From the NCBI GenBank assembly GCA_046758705.1, contig JBHIAT010000034.1, positions 1 to 25,833 on the forward strand: a stretch of 25,833 nt of DNA, in the 5' to 3' direction. Below are positions 1 to 7,895 of this stretch, piece after piece. This stretch comes from Candidatus Bipolaricaulia bacterium. GTDB taxonomy: Bacteria; Bipolaricaulota; Bipolaricaulia; JBHIAT01. Each line of letters starts with the position of its first letter. Within the stretch, counting starts at the first letter, position 1. A model generated the notes under the pieces. That model saw only the letters and a list, made by a program, of their open reading frames with translations. It was not told the origin of the DNA and searched no databases. The translations under genes were made by a program, and so were the position numbers.

Positions 1-21
1 GACAGACACGATTTTGGACAT
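1..21 (-). CDS. 5' end of a gene leaving the window (MSKIVSV...), probably a MinD/ParA-family ATPase
   Basis: Minus strand reads AGGAGG-taagct-ATG TCC AAA ATC GTG TCT GTC just downstream of the 56 stop. MSKIVSV resembles the N-terminus of MinD/ParA proteins that continue HSxRGGTGKS. Only 7 codons are visible. Confidence 0.45.
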
Positions 22-55
22 AGCTTACCTCCTGAATCCAGATGGAGTCGCGAAT

Positions 56-1186
56 CTATTCGTCGGATCTTTCCTCTCTACTCTTTCTACTCCTCCTCAG
101 CTGTTTCGCCTTTTCTTTCAGCTGTTGGAAGTACTCGGTTTCGGTGATCTTGGCCACCTGACGCGTCTTCTTGGCTTCGTCGATCTCGATGCGCAACTCC
201 TTGATCTTCTGTTTTAACTTCTGTTCACGGATGTACGCCTCAAGAGCAGCGGTCGCCAGCAAGGACAGCGCCTCGATCATCTGTTGTGTCTCCGGGTCGA
301 ACGGGATCACCTCGTCGGTTTCAGGGTGTTGCGCATTGATCAGTTGCAGCACACCGATCACCCGATTGCGGTTGTTTTTCAGCGGGATGGTCAACATGGA
401 GGTGGAGCGGTAGCCGATCTGTTTGTCAAATTCTCGGGGGCCGGAGAAGTCGAAGTTCTCGGTCTGGTAGATGTCGGGAATGTTGATCGATTCTCCAGTT
501 AACACCACATGGGTGCAGACATTTTGGTGATTGGGCTCGCCGGTCCTCTGATCGTAGAGGTGGAGCGGCGAGAAGGAAGCCTCCTTGCCGGCGGTTCCGC
601 CCACCGCGAGATTCAGCGAATCGGTGCGTGCGATCACGAACTCTAGGCGATCGTCTTTGGTGCGCAGGTACAGGGTGCCGGCATCGGCATTGCATAACGA
701 CTTGGCCTCCAGTACGATCATCTCCAGCAGTTGATCGAAGTCCTTTTCCGCCGACATCGCCACGCCGATGGGAATCACGACGTTCACTAGCTCATCGGAT
801 CGCTGCTTTTCCTGCTTGATTTGCTGCAGGTACATCCATTCCTGTTCGCGTAACCGCTTCTGCCCGGTGATGTCCCGGAAGATTCCCGTGTAGAATGACG
901 CTCCACCTAATTCTGCTTCGGCCACCACCACTTCCATGGGAAAGCTGGAACCATCGACACGCCGTCCGACGGCCTGTTGACGTTCTCCAGTGAGCAGCTT
1001 TGGAAGCATCACATCTGCATCCTGAGGTTCCAGAAGAATCCCGATCGGCTGACCGATCAATTGGCTCTTCTGATAGCCAAAAATCACCTCCGTATTTGGG
1101 TTAAATGTGATGATAGAGAATCCTGGCTTCGCAAATATGATAATCGCATCTGTTGCTGATCTCACGAGAGCGTTTGTCTTTGCCAT
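56..1186 (-). CDS. PAS-GAF sensor-like protein with conserved C-terminal coiled-coil tail and no catalytic output domain (paralog 1)
   Basis: PAS (TDAII...NPNTEVIFGY...GRRVDGSSFPME...FRDIT), then GAF (SAEKDFDQLLEMIV...NADAGTLY...FDFSG...YRSTSMLTIPL...VIGVLQLIN), then tail ELRIEIDEAKKTRQVAKITETEYFQQLK. Start set at MAKT (1186) by homology to paralog 3; the ORF is open to 1210. Confidence 0.85.
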   Translation of the reverse strand: MAKTNALVRSATDAIIIFAKPGFSIITFNPNTEVIFGYQKSQLIGQPIGILLEPQDADVMLPKLLTGERQQAVGRRVDGSSFPMEVVVAEAELGGASFYTGIFRDITGQKRLREQEWMYLQQIKQEKQRSDELVNVVIPIGVAMSAEKDFDQLLEMIVLEAKSLCNADAGTLYLRTKDDRLEFVIARTDSLNLAVGGTAGKEASFSPLHLYDQRTGEPNHQNVCTHVVLTGESINIPDIYQTENFDFSGPREFDKQIGYRSTSMLTIPLKNNRNRVIGVLQLINAQHPETDEVIPFDPETQQMIEALSLLATAALEAYIREQKLKQKIKELRIEIDEAKKTRQVAKITETEYFQQLKEKAKQLRRSRKSREERSDE

Positions 1187-1293
1187 GGATTTCTCAAGCA
1201 AATTCATCACCTATCATCAGGGTTCTTGTCCGTAGGGCTATAACTATAATCGGCCACCTCCTCTCAGGTGCATCACAGGGTGCTGCGAGTTAG

Positions 1294-1339
1294 AAGTTTG
1301 GGGTATTATACCATGATCTCTACCTTTTCATCCAACTAT
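1294..1339 (-). promoter_or_regulatory. Extended -10 promoter (TGgTATAAT), copy 1 of a duplicated promoter segment
   Basis: Minus strand TGGTATAAT at 1313-1305. The segment is similar to 3972-4016 and lies upstream of paralog 1. Confidence 0.6.
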
Positions 1340-1377
1340 GTAAGAAATTTAACATCTCCGAAGGGGAAGTTGAGAAC

Positions 1378-2838
1378 TTATGGGTGGGATCTTTCCCGCT
1401 TGTTTCTGAGCTCTTTTGACTTTTGCTTCAGCTGTTGGAAGTAATCGGTATCGGTGATCTCGGCCACCTCACGCGCCTTCTTGGTTTCGTCGATCTCGAT
1501 GCGCAGCTCCTCGATCTGTTGCTTTAACTTCTGTTCACGGATGTACGCCTCCAGGGCAGCAGTCGCCAGCGAGGATAGCGCCTCGACCATCTGTTGTGCC
1601 CCTGGGTCGAATGGGATCACCTCGCCGGTTTCAGGGTGTTGCGCGTTGATCAGTTGAATGACACCGATCACCTGATCGCGGTTGTCTTTCAGCGGGACGG
1701 TCAGCATGGAGGTGGAGCGATAGCTGGTCTGCTTGTCGAAGTCCCGGGTACCGGAGAAGTCGAAGCGCTCGGCCTGATAGACGTCGGAGATGTTGATCGA
1801 TTCCCCGGTTAAGGTCGCATAAGTGCAGACATTTCGGCGGTTGGGCTCACCGGTTGTCTCATCGTAGAGGCGAAGCGGCGGGAGGGAGGCCTCTTTACCG
1901 GTGGTCCCGCCCATGGCGAGATTCAGCGAATCGGTGCGTACAATTACGAACTTCAGGCGGTCGTCTTCGGTGCGCAGATACAGGGTGCCGGCGTCGGCGT
2001 TGCACAGCGACTTGGCCTCGAGCAGGATCATCTCCAACAGTCTATCGAAGTCTCTTTCCGCCGACATCGCAACGCCGATGGGAATCACGACGTCCAACAG
2101 TTCATCAGCGCGTTGCTTCTTCTGCTTGATTTGCTGCAGATATGCCAGTTCCTGTTCACGAAGACGCTTCTGCTCGGTGATGTCCCGGAAGGTCCCCGTG
2201 TAGAATGACGCTCTACCCAGTTCCGCTTTGGTCATCACAACTTCCATGGGAAAGTTGGAACCGTCGGCACGCTGTCCGACCACCTCGTGACGTTCTCCGG
2301 CGAGCAGTTTCGGAAGTCTCGGGTCGACGTCCTGAGGAACGGAGTCACCGTTTTCTTGAGGTTTCAGAAGTATCCCGATCGACTGACCGATCAATTGATG
2401 TTCTTGATAGCCAAAGATCGCTTCTGCACTTGGGCTGGTTGTGATAATGGATAATCCTCGCTTGGCAAACATGATGATTCCATCCGTGGCGGTGATGCGG
2501 AGATTGTTGATGGTCACCTTCTGGCGGTTGATGGTTCGCCAGCCACGCCACACGATGAAGACCAGGCTGAAGTACAGAACGACAAAGCCAATGCCTATGG
2601 CACCATAAGTGAGCCAGCGAAGGTTACGGACGTTTTGACTGATGCTGGGAATGGAATAAGGGTCCGCTGGTTTCAGGGTGCCTGCGACCATGGCGTCGCT
2701 GTGGTCTCTCAAAAGCTCGATGTTACGGTTGAGGCTGGTCGAAAAGAATATCAATATGATGGCGAGCGCGAGGGCCAGTATGATCACAAAACTGATGACC
2801 GAAAACTGAACCACCAGGTTCTCTGTTAAGCGTTTCAT
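1378..2838 (-). CDS. Membrane-anchored (2 TM) PAS-GAF protein with conserved tail (paralog 2)
   Basis: Two hydrophobic segments (FSVISFVIILALALAIILIFF; WLTYGAIGIGFVVLYFSLVFIVW), then the same PAS, GAF and tail as its neighbours. ATGA overlap with paralog 3. Confidence 0.87.
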   Translation of the reverse strand: MKRLTENLVVQFSVISFVIILALALAIILIFFSTSLNRNIELLRDHSDAMVAGTLKPADPYSIPSISQNVRNLRWLTYGAIGIGFVVLYFSLVFIVWRGWRTINRQKVTINNLRITATDGIIMFAKRGLSIITTSPSAEAIFGYQEHQLIGQSIGILLKPQENGDSVPQDVDPRLPKLLAGERHEVVGQRADGSNFPMEVVMTKAELGRASFYTGTFRDITEQKRLREQELAYLQQIKQKKQRADELLDVVIPIGVAMSAERDFDRLLEMILLEAKSLCNADAGTLYLRTEDDRLKFVIVRTDSLNLAMGGTTGKEASLPPLRLYDETTGEPNRRNVCTYATLTGESINISDVYQAERFDFSGTRDFDKQTSYRSTSMLTVPLKDNRDQVIGVIQLINAQHPETGEVIPFDPGAQQMVEALSSLATAALEAYIREQKLKQQIEELRIEIDETKKAREVAEITDTDYFQQLKQKSKELRNKRERSHP

Positions 2839-3956
2839 TCGCCGGATCGTTCCTCTCTGCTCTCTTTCAGCTCTTTGGCCTTTTCCTTCAGTTGTTGGAA
2901 GTAGTCGGTTTCGGTGATCTCGGCCACCTGGCGCACCTTCTTGGTTTCGTCGATCTCGATGCGCAGTTGCTCGATCTGTTGCTTCAGCTTCTGCTCACGG
3001 ATGTACGCCTCGAGAGCGGCGGTGGCCAGCGAGGACAGCGCCTCGATCATCTGTTGTGTCCCTGGGTCGAATGGGATCACCTCGCTGGTTTCAGGGTGTT
3101 GAGCGTTGATCAGTTGCAGTACACCGATCACCTGATTGCGATTGTTTTTCAGCGGGATAGTCAACATGGAGGTGGAGCGGTAGCCGGTCTGTTTGTCAAA
3201 GTCCCGGGTACCAGAAAAGTCGAAACTCTCGGCCTGATAGACATCGGGGATGTTGATCGATTCACCGGTTAAGGCCGCATGGGTGCAGACATTTTGGTGG
3301 TTGGGTTCGCCAGTTGTCGCATCGTAGAGGTTGAGCCACGAGAAGGAAACCTTTTTGCTGGCAGTCCCGCCCATGGCGAGATTCAGCGAATCGGTACGTG
3401 CGATCACGAACTTCAGACAGTCGTTTTGGGTGCGCAGATACAGGGTGCCAGCGTCGGCGTTGCATAACGACTTGGCCTCCAACAGAATCGTCTCCAGCAG
3501 TCGATCGAAATCCTTTTCCGCTGTCATAGCAACGCCGATGGGAATCACGACGTTCAATAGTTCATCAGCGCGCTTGTTTTCCTGTTCGATTCGCTGCAAG
3601 TACGCCAGTTCCTGTTCACGTAGCCGCTTGCGCTCGGTGATGTCTCGAAACGTCCCTATGTAGAACCATGCGCCATCCAATTCCGCTTCGGTCACTACGA
3701 CTTCCATGGAAAAGGTGGAACCATCCGCACGTCGTCCGACCACTTGTTGACGTTCCCCGGTAAGCAGCTTTGGAAGCATCACGTCTGCGCGCTGAGGTTC
3801 CAGAAGCATGCCGATCGGCTGACCCACCAATTGGCTCCTCTGATAGCCAAAGATCGCCTCTGTACTTGGGCTCAGTGTAATGATAGAGAACCCTCGTTTT
3901 GCAAACATGATAATTGCGTCTGTCGCTGATCTTGCGATAGCGTCCGTTTTTGCCAT
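2835..3956 (-). CDS. PAS-GAF protein with conserved tail (paralog 3)
   Basis: Colinear with paralog 1 over its full length; RBS GGAGG upstream of the ATG. Confidence 0.88.
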   Translation of the reverse strand: MAKTDAIARSATDAIIMFAKRGFSIITLSPSTEAIFGYQRSQLVGQPIGMLLEPQRADVMLPKLLTGERQQVVGRRADGSTFSMEVVVTEAELDGAWFYIGTFRDITERKRLREQELAYLQRIEQENKRADELLNVVIPIGVAMTAEKDFDRLLETILLEAKSLCNADAGTLYLRTQNDCLKFVIARTDSLNLAMGGTASKKVSFSWLNLYDATTGEPNHQNVCTHAALTGESINIPDVYQAESFDFSGTRDFDKQTGYRSTSMLTIPLKNNRNQVIGVLQLINAQHPETSEVIPFDPGTQQMIEALSSLATAALEAYIREQKLKQQIEQLRIEIDETKKVRQVAEITETDYFQQLKEKAKELKESREERSGE

Positions 3957-3960
3957 GCCC

Positions 3961-4170
3961 CTAACCTCCCAAAGTTGGGGTATTATACCACACCCTCCAC
4001 CTGTTCATCCAATTATCATTGTCGCTGAGTGACCCAGCAAAAGATCCCTCACCGGTCAGGAGGAGCCACTCGGTCACCAGCAAGACGATCACCATCGGAC
4101 TCACCGACAGCAAGAACCGTCCGCGCTCGCCCAGCACCTCTTCACGGTTGAACAGCTCATCGGACGGCAT
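3961..4170 (-). pseudogene. Collapsed remnant (69 codons) of a paralog of the 20668-23595 permease gene
   Basis: MPSDELFNREEVLG matches the N-terminus of the 975-aa protein and runs directly into ERGRFLLSVSPM..VTEWLLL, which lies 700 residues later in that protein. RBS GAGGGGG precedes the ATG at 4170. Confidence 0.8.
3972..4016 (-). promoter_or_regulatory. Extended -10 promoter (TGgTATAAT), copy 2
   Basis: Minus strand TGGTATAAT at 3990-3982, upstream of paralog 3; similar to 1294-1339. Confidence 0.6.
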
Positions 4171-4183
4171 ATTCGCCCCCTCG

Positions 4184-4247
4184 ATGGTTGACAATATTGG
4201 TTAGCATATTTGGTTACCAGTTGTTGACAATCTAGATTGTTGACAAT
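4184..4247. promoter_or_regulatory. Three quasi-palindromic operator-like boxes (ATTGTTGACAAT consensus)
   Basis: ATGGTTGACAAT 4184-4195, GTTGTTGACAAT 4220-4231 and ATTGTTGACAAT 4236-4247. A perfect palindrome ACAATCTAGATTGT at 4227-4240 links boxes 2 and 3. Confidence 0.65.
4203..4230 (-). promoter_or_regulatory. Possible divergent (leftward) sigma70 promoter
   Basis: Minus strand TTGTCA (4230-4225), 16-nt spacer, TATGCT (4208-4203), upstream of the 4170 ATG. Confidence 0.4.
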
Positions 4248-4269
4248 TAGAATAGCTCTTTAGTATAAT
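4240..4269 (+). promoter_or_regulatory. Consensus sigma70/sigmaA promoter of the long operon
   Basis: TTGACA 4240-4245, 18-nt spacer, TATAAT 4264-4269; RBS AGGAGG before the ATG at 4332. Confidence 0.8.
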
Positions 4270-4331
4270 CCGGGTCAAAAGTACTGACGCGTGCGCTCAA
4301 AACTAATCAAGTAGAAGCAGGAGGTCGTCAC

Positions 4332-5156
4332 ATGAAGAAGATCCTGGTCGTATTGTCAGAGTGGGGCTACTGGGGTGAAGAGCTGGTCGGCCCGCTGGAA
4401 GTGTTCGACAAGCAGGGATATGAATCGGTCTTTATGACCCCCACGGGCAAGAAGCCGCCGGCGCTTCCGCCCAGTATGGATTCCACTTATCTGGACCCGC
4501 CGTTGGACAGGTGCGTCACTTCAGAGTATTATGCAAAGAAGACCCGCGAAATCGATGCATCAGATCGGCTGGCTAACCCGCTCAATCTGTCTGGGTGGTT
4601 CCCCGAACGGCCCTATTACAGCGCTAAAAATTACCTGCGGGAGTTCGAGGCTTACAACAATGCCCTTGATGGCGCGTATGAGGAGTTAGGAGAATACGAT
4701 ACTCTGCTCATTGTGGGCGGAAGTGGCCCCATGGTTGACATGGTCAACAATCAGAGGTTCCACGACGTGATCCTCGGCTTTTACAAGGTGAATAAGCCGA
4801 TCGCAGCCGAGTGCTACGGCGTGACCTGTCTGGCGTTCGCTCGGGACTGGTATGATCGCAAGAGTATCATCTGGGGCAAGCACGTCACCGGGCACCCGCT
4901 CGAGTATGACTACAAAGATGGCACAGGATTTATTCCAAGTGGTAACCTTAATTTTGGTCCGCCCTTCTACCCCCTGGAGCACATTCTGCGCGATGCCGTC
5001 GGTCCTGATGGGCGGTATCACAGCAATGTCGGCAGGGTGACTTCCGTGATTGTCGACTATCCGTTTATCACGAGTCGGTCCACCGCATCCTCCCATCTCT
5101 GTGGCGAGAAGTTGGTGGAGGTCTTAGAGGAAGATCTTACGCGGTTTGGTTGGTAG
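4332..5156 (+). CDS. DJ-1/PfpI (class I glutamine amidotransferase-like, Hsp31-size) protein
   Basis: KKILVVLS...GYWGEEL (acidic residue), IVGGSG, nucleophile elbow IAAECYG, GKHVTG, VIVDYPFITSR. Confidence 0.88.
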   Translation: MKKILVVLSEWGYWGEELVGPLEVFDKQGYESVFMTPTGKKPPALPPSMDSTYLDPPLDRCVTSEYYAKKTREIDASDRLANPLNLSGWFPERPYYSAKNYLREFEAYNNALDGAYEELGEYDTLLIVGGSGPMVDMVNNQRFHDVILGFYKVNKPIAAECYGVTCLAFARDWYDRKSIIWGKHVTGHPLEYDYKDGTGFIPSGNLNFGPPFYPLEHILRDAVGPDGRYHSNVGRVTSVIVDYPFITSRSTASSHLCGEKLVEVLEEDLTRFGW

Positions 5157-5184
5157 ACCCAATCGTTCAGGAAAGGCTGGAGTG

Positions 5185-6891
5185 ATGCCTAGCAAAAGTG
5201 GACGGTTTGCGATCATCGAGCAACTGCTTGCTGATGGGATTGAATATATGTTTGGCAACCCCGGCACGGTCGAGCAAGGGTTCCTGGATTCGTTGGAGGA
5301 CTATCCGGAATTCAAGTACATTCTGACCCTGCATGAGACGGTGGCGGTGGCGGCAGCCGACGGTTACGCCCGTGCCACCAAAAAGCCAGCGGTCGTGCAA
5401 CTCCATAGTGGTGTTGGTCTGGGCAACGGGATTGGGATGATGTACCAGGCCAAGCGTGGCCATGCGCCGTTGGTGGTCATCGCTGGAGAGTCCGGCATCC
5501 GATACGATTCTATGGATGCGCAGATGGCCGCAGACCTGGTGGCTATGGCCAAGCCCGTTACCAAATGGGCGACCCGGGTTGTCGATCCATCGTCGGTGTT
5601 GCGGGTGCTGCGCCGAGCCATCAAGATAGCGGCCACGCCCCCCATGGCACCCGTATTCGTCTGCCTGCCGATGGACGTTCTCGATGCCCCTAATGAGGAA
5701 CCGGTGGTTCCGACCTCGTTCCCGGTGACGCGAGTGGCTCCTGAGCCGGATCAGATCGCAGCAGCGGCGGCTATACTGGCCGCTGCTGAAACGCCGATGA
5801 TCATCATGGGGGACGGTGTGGCGTCTTCTGGTGCGCAGGCCGAATTGGCCCGTGTGGCCGAACTCATCGGAGCTGAGGTGTGGGGCGCGGACTCATCCGA
5901 GGTGAACATGAGCGCCACGCATCCTCTGTTCAAGGGGTTGCTGGGCCACATGTTTGGGGACCATAGCCGCCCGATTACGTCGGAGGCAGACGCGGTTCTG
6001 ATTTGTGGAACCTACGTTCTCCCCGAGGTGTTCCCCGCGCTGTCCGACGTGTTTGGCTCGGGAACTCAGGTGATTCACATCGACCTGGATGCCTATGAGA
6101 TTGCCAAGAATTTTCCAGTGGATCTCGGGCTGGTCAGTGATCCGAAAATCACGCTCGGAAAGCTGGTCGCCGCGCTCGAAACGACCATGACGTCCGAACA
6201 GAAAGACACGGCAGACACCCGGACAGCTCGGATCGCTGCCGAGAAGGAGCAGGAGCTGGCCGCTCAGCGTGACGCGGACAAGGCGGTTCGCGACGCCGTA
6301 CCTCTGTACGCGTCACGGTTTATGGAGGAACTCGCGGTCCAGCTGCCCCAAGACGCGATCGTCTTCGACGAAGCATTGACCGTGTCTCCCGAACTGACTC
6401 GGTATATACCGCCAACGACACCGGGACACTACTTCCAGACGCGGGGTGGTTCGTTAGGCGTCGGCATTCCTGGGGCGATTGGCGTCAAGCTGGCCCACCC
6501 GGACAAAACGGTGATCGGGTTCACGGGCGATGGTGGCAGCATGTACACGATCCAGGCGCTCTGGACCGCCGTGCACCACAATGTCAATGCCAAGTTCGTG
6601 ATTTGCAACAATCACAGTTATCAGCTGCTGAAGCTCAACATCATGCAGTACTGGCGCGAGCGCGACATACCGGATCACGAGTTCCCAGCGTCGTTCGACC
6701 TGGCCGACCCCGACATCGGCTTCGCCGAGTTGGCCAACGCGATGGGCGTTCAGGCAGTGCGCGTTGAAACGCCGGATCAGGCTGCCCCGGCCATCCGTCA
6801 GGCACTGGAACACGACGGGCCGTTCCTGATCGATATGGTGATCGGTAACGAGGTGCCGGGTCACAAGGTCGGGTGCAAGTGTGGTCAGTAG
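5185..6891 (+). CDS. Thiamine diphosphate-dependent enzyme, benzoylformate decarboxylase-like
   Basis: FGNPGTVE, LHETVAVAAADGYA, and ThDP motif GDGG...NN (GDGGSMYTIQALW...ICNN). Start moved to the ATG at 5185. Confidence 0.9.
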   Translation: MPSKSGRFAIIEQLLADGIEYMFGNPGTVEQGFLDSLEDYPEFKYILTLHETVAVAAADGYARATKKPAVVQLHSGVGLGNGIGMMYQAKRGHAPLVVIAGESGIRYDSMDAQMAADLVAMAKPVTKWATRVVDPSSVLRVLRRAIKIAATPPMAPVFVCLPMDVLDAPNEEPVVPTSFPVTRVAPEPDQIAAAAAILAAAETPMIIMGDGVASSGAQAELARVAELIGAEVWGADSSEVNMSATHPLFKGLLGHMFGDHSRPITSEADAVLICGTYVLPEVFPALSDVFGSGTQVIHIDLDAYEIAKNFPVDLGLVSDPKITLGKLVAALETTMTSEQKDTADTRTARIAAEKEQELAAQRDADKAVRDAVPLYASRFMEELAVQLPQDAIVFDEALTVSPELTRYIPPTTPGHYFQTRGGSLGVGIPGAIGVKLAHPDKTVIGFTGDGGSMYTIQALWTAVHHNVNAKFVICNNHSYQLLKLNIMQYWRERDIPDHEFPASFDLADPDIGFAELANAMGVQAVRVETPDQAAPAIRQALEHDGPFLIDMVIGNEVPGHKVGCKCGQ

Positions 6892-6933
6892 CCAACACAA
6901 CAGTGCTGTATAAACGTAAACGAGGGGGCATGC

Positions 6934-7407
6934 ATGAGTAACTTAGCACCGCTTACGGAGTCCGAAGTGAGACAGTTTGTTGAGGATTGGTATAGGAAGC
7001 TGGACGTTCACGCGCCAATGTCTGAGCTCCTGGCCATGCTCGCCGACGAGGAGTTGGAGATGCGGTTTCCGGAGGGCACGCTGTACGGCCATGCCGAATT
7101 TGGAGGCTGGTATCAGGGTTCGGCCGAGAACTCCAAGAACTATCCCGGTGTGGTCAACATCTTCTTCGATGAGGTCCACACTGTGAAAGAGGTGGCGGTC
7201 GATATTTCAGGAGATCAGGCCAACGTCAAGGTGGTGGTCAAGTGGGAAGCCAGTGTATGGAACCCACCTGCTGCCAAAAGCGTGCGGATCATCCTGGATG
7301 CGGCACAGACATGGGTGATGAAGCGCTCGCCTGAGACAAGCAAGCCGGTCATCGTGACCTATATCGTTGATGATCTAAGCTACTATGAGGGTTCGGCCAA
7401 GCTTTAG
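6934..7407 (+). CDS. NTF2-like/SnoaL-fold protein
   Basis: Short helix EVRQFVEDWYRKLD, then MRFPEGTLYGHAEF and beta-rich C-terminal half ending QTWVM; RBS GAGGGG. Confidence 0.7.
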   Translation: MSNLAPLTESEVRQFVEDWYRKLDVHAPMSELLAMLADEELEMRFPEGTLYGHAEFGGWYQGSAENSKNYPGVVNIFFDEVHTVKEVAVDISGDQANVKVVVKWEASVWNPPAAKSVRIILDAAQTWVMKRSPETSKPVIVTYIVDDLSYYEGSAKL

Positions 7408-7442
7408 ACGATAAAGAAAAGAAAAAAGAAAGGAGAGCAAAA

Positions 7443-7862
7443 ATGTCTAACGTAGCCATTGTCGAAAAGATGTACGAGGCCTTCAATAAGGGGGATATGG
7501 ACACGATCCGTAACGAGGTGTTCGCTCCCGATATCGTTTGGCGCTTGCCTGGCCGCCATCCGCTTTCGGGCACCAAGAACGGCGCAGAAGAGGTGATCGC
7601 CTTCTTCGGCCAGTTGGTCAAATCGGGTATCCAGGTGGATCTGGTCAAAGTCGACGATTTCGGTGAAGACACCGTCGTGGAAGTACACCGTGGGCATGGA
7701 AAAGTTGGAGACGCGGTTCTGGATGCACTGAACTGCACCCATTACCACATCCGCGACGGCAAGATCGCAGATGTCCAGGTCTACATCAGTGACCAGCACG
7801 CGGTCGATAACTTCATGTGGGCGGCTTACGATCTCAAGCCGATACCGGATCGTCTGGGCTAA
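7443..7862 (+). CDS. NTF2/SnoaL-like (ketosteroid isomerase-related) protein
   Basis: NVAIVEKMYEAFNKGD...FAPDIVW.LPGRHPLSG...G.EEV...IRDGKI; RBS AAGGAG. Confidence 0.88.
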   Translation: MSNVAIVEKMYEAFNKGDMDTIRNEVFAPDIVWRLPGRHPLSGTKNGAEEVIAFFGQLVKSGIQVDLVKVDDFGEDTVVEVHRGHGKVGDAVLDALNCTHYHIRDGKIADVQVYISDQHAVDNFMWAAYDLKPIPDRLG

Positions 7863-7895
7863 CTTCTGCTTTTGCAGCATATGAAAGGAGTCAAC

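Noticed and set aside
860-1186. FixL-type heme PAS
   Set aside because: PAS ends resemble FixL, but the helix carrying the proximal His is shortened and has no His at that position in any paralog.
7410-7442. Purine/A-rich spacer
   Set aside because: No preceding hairpin on either strand that I could support; likely an unstructured translation leader.
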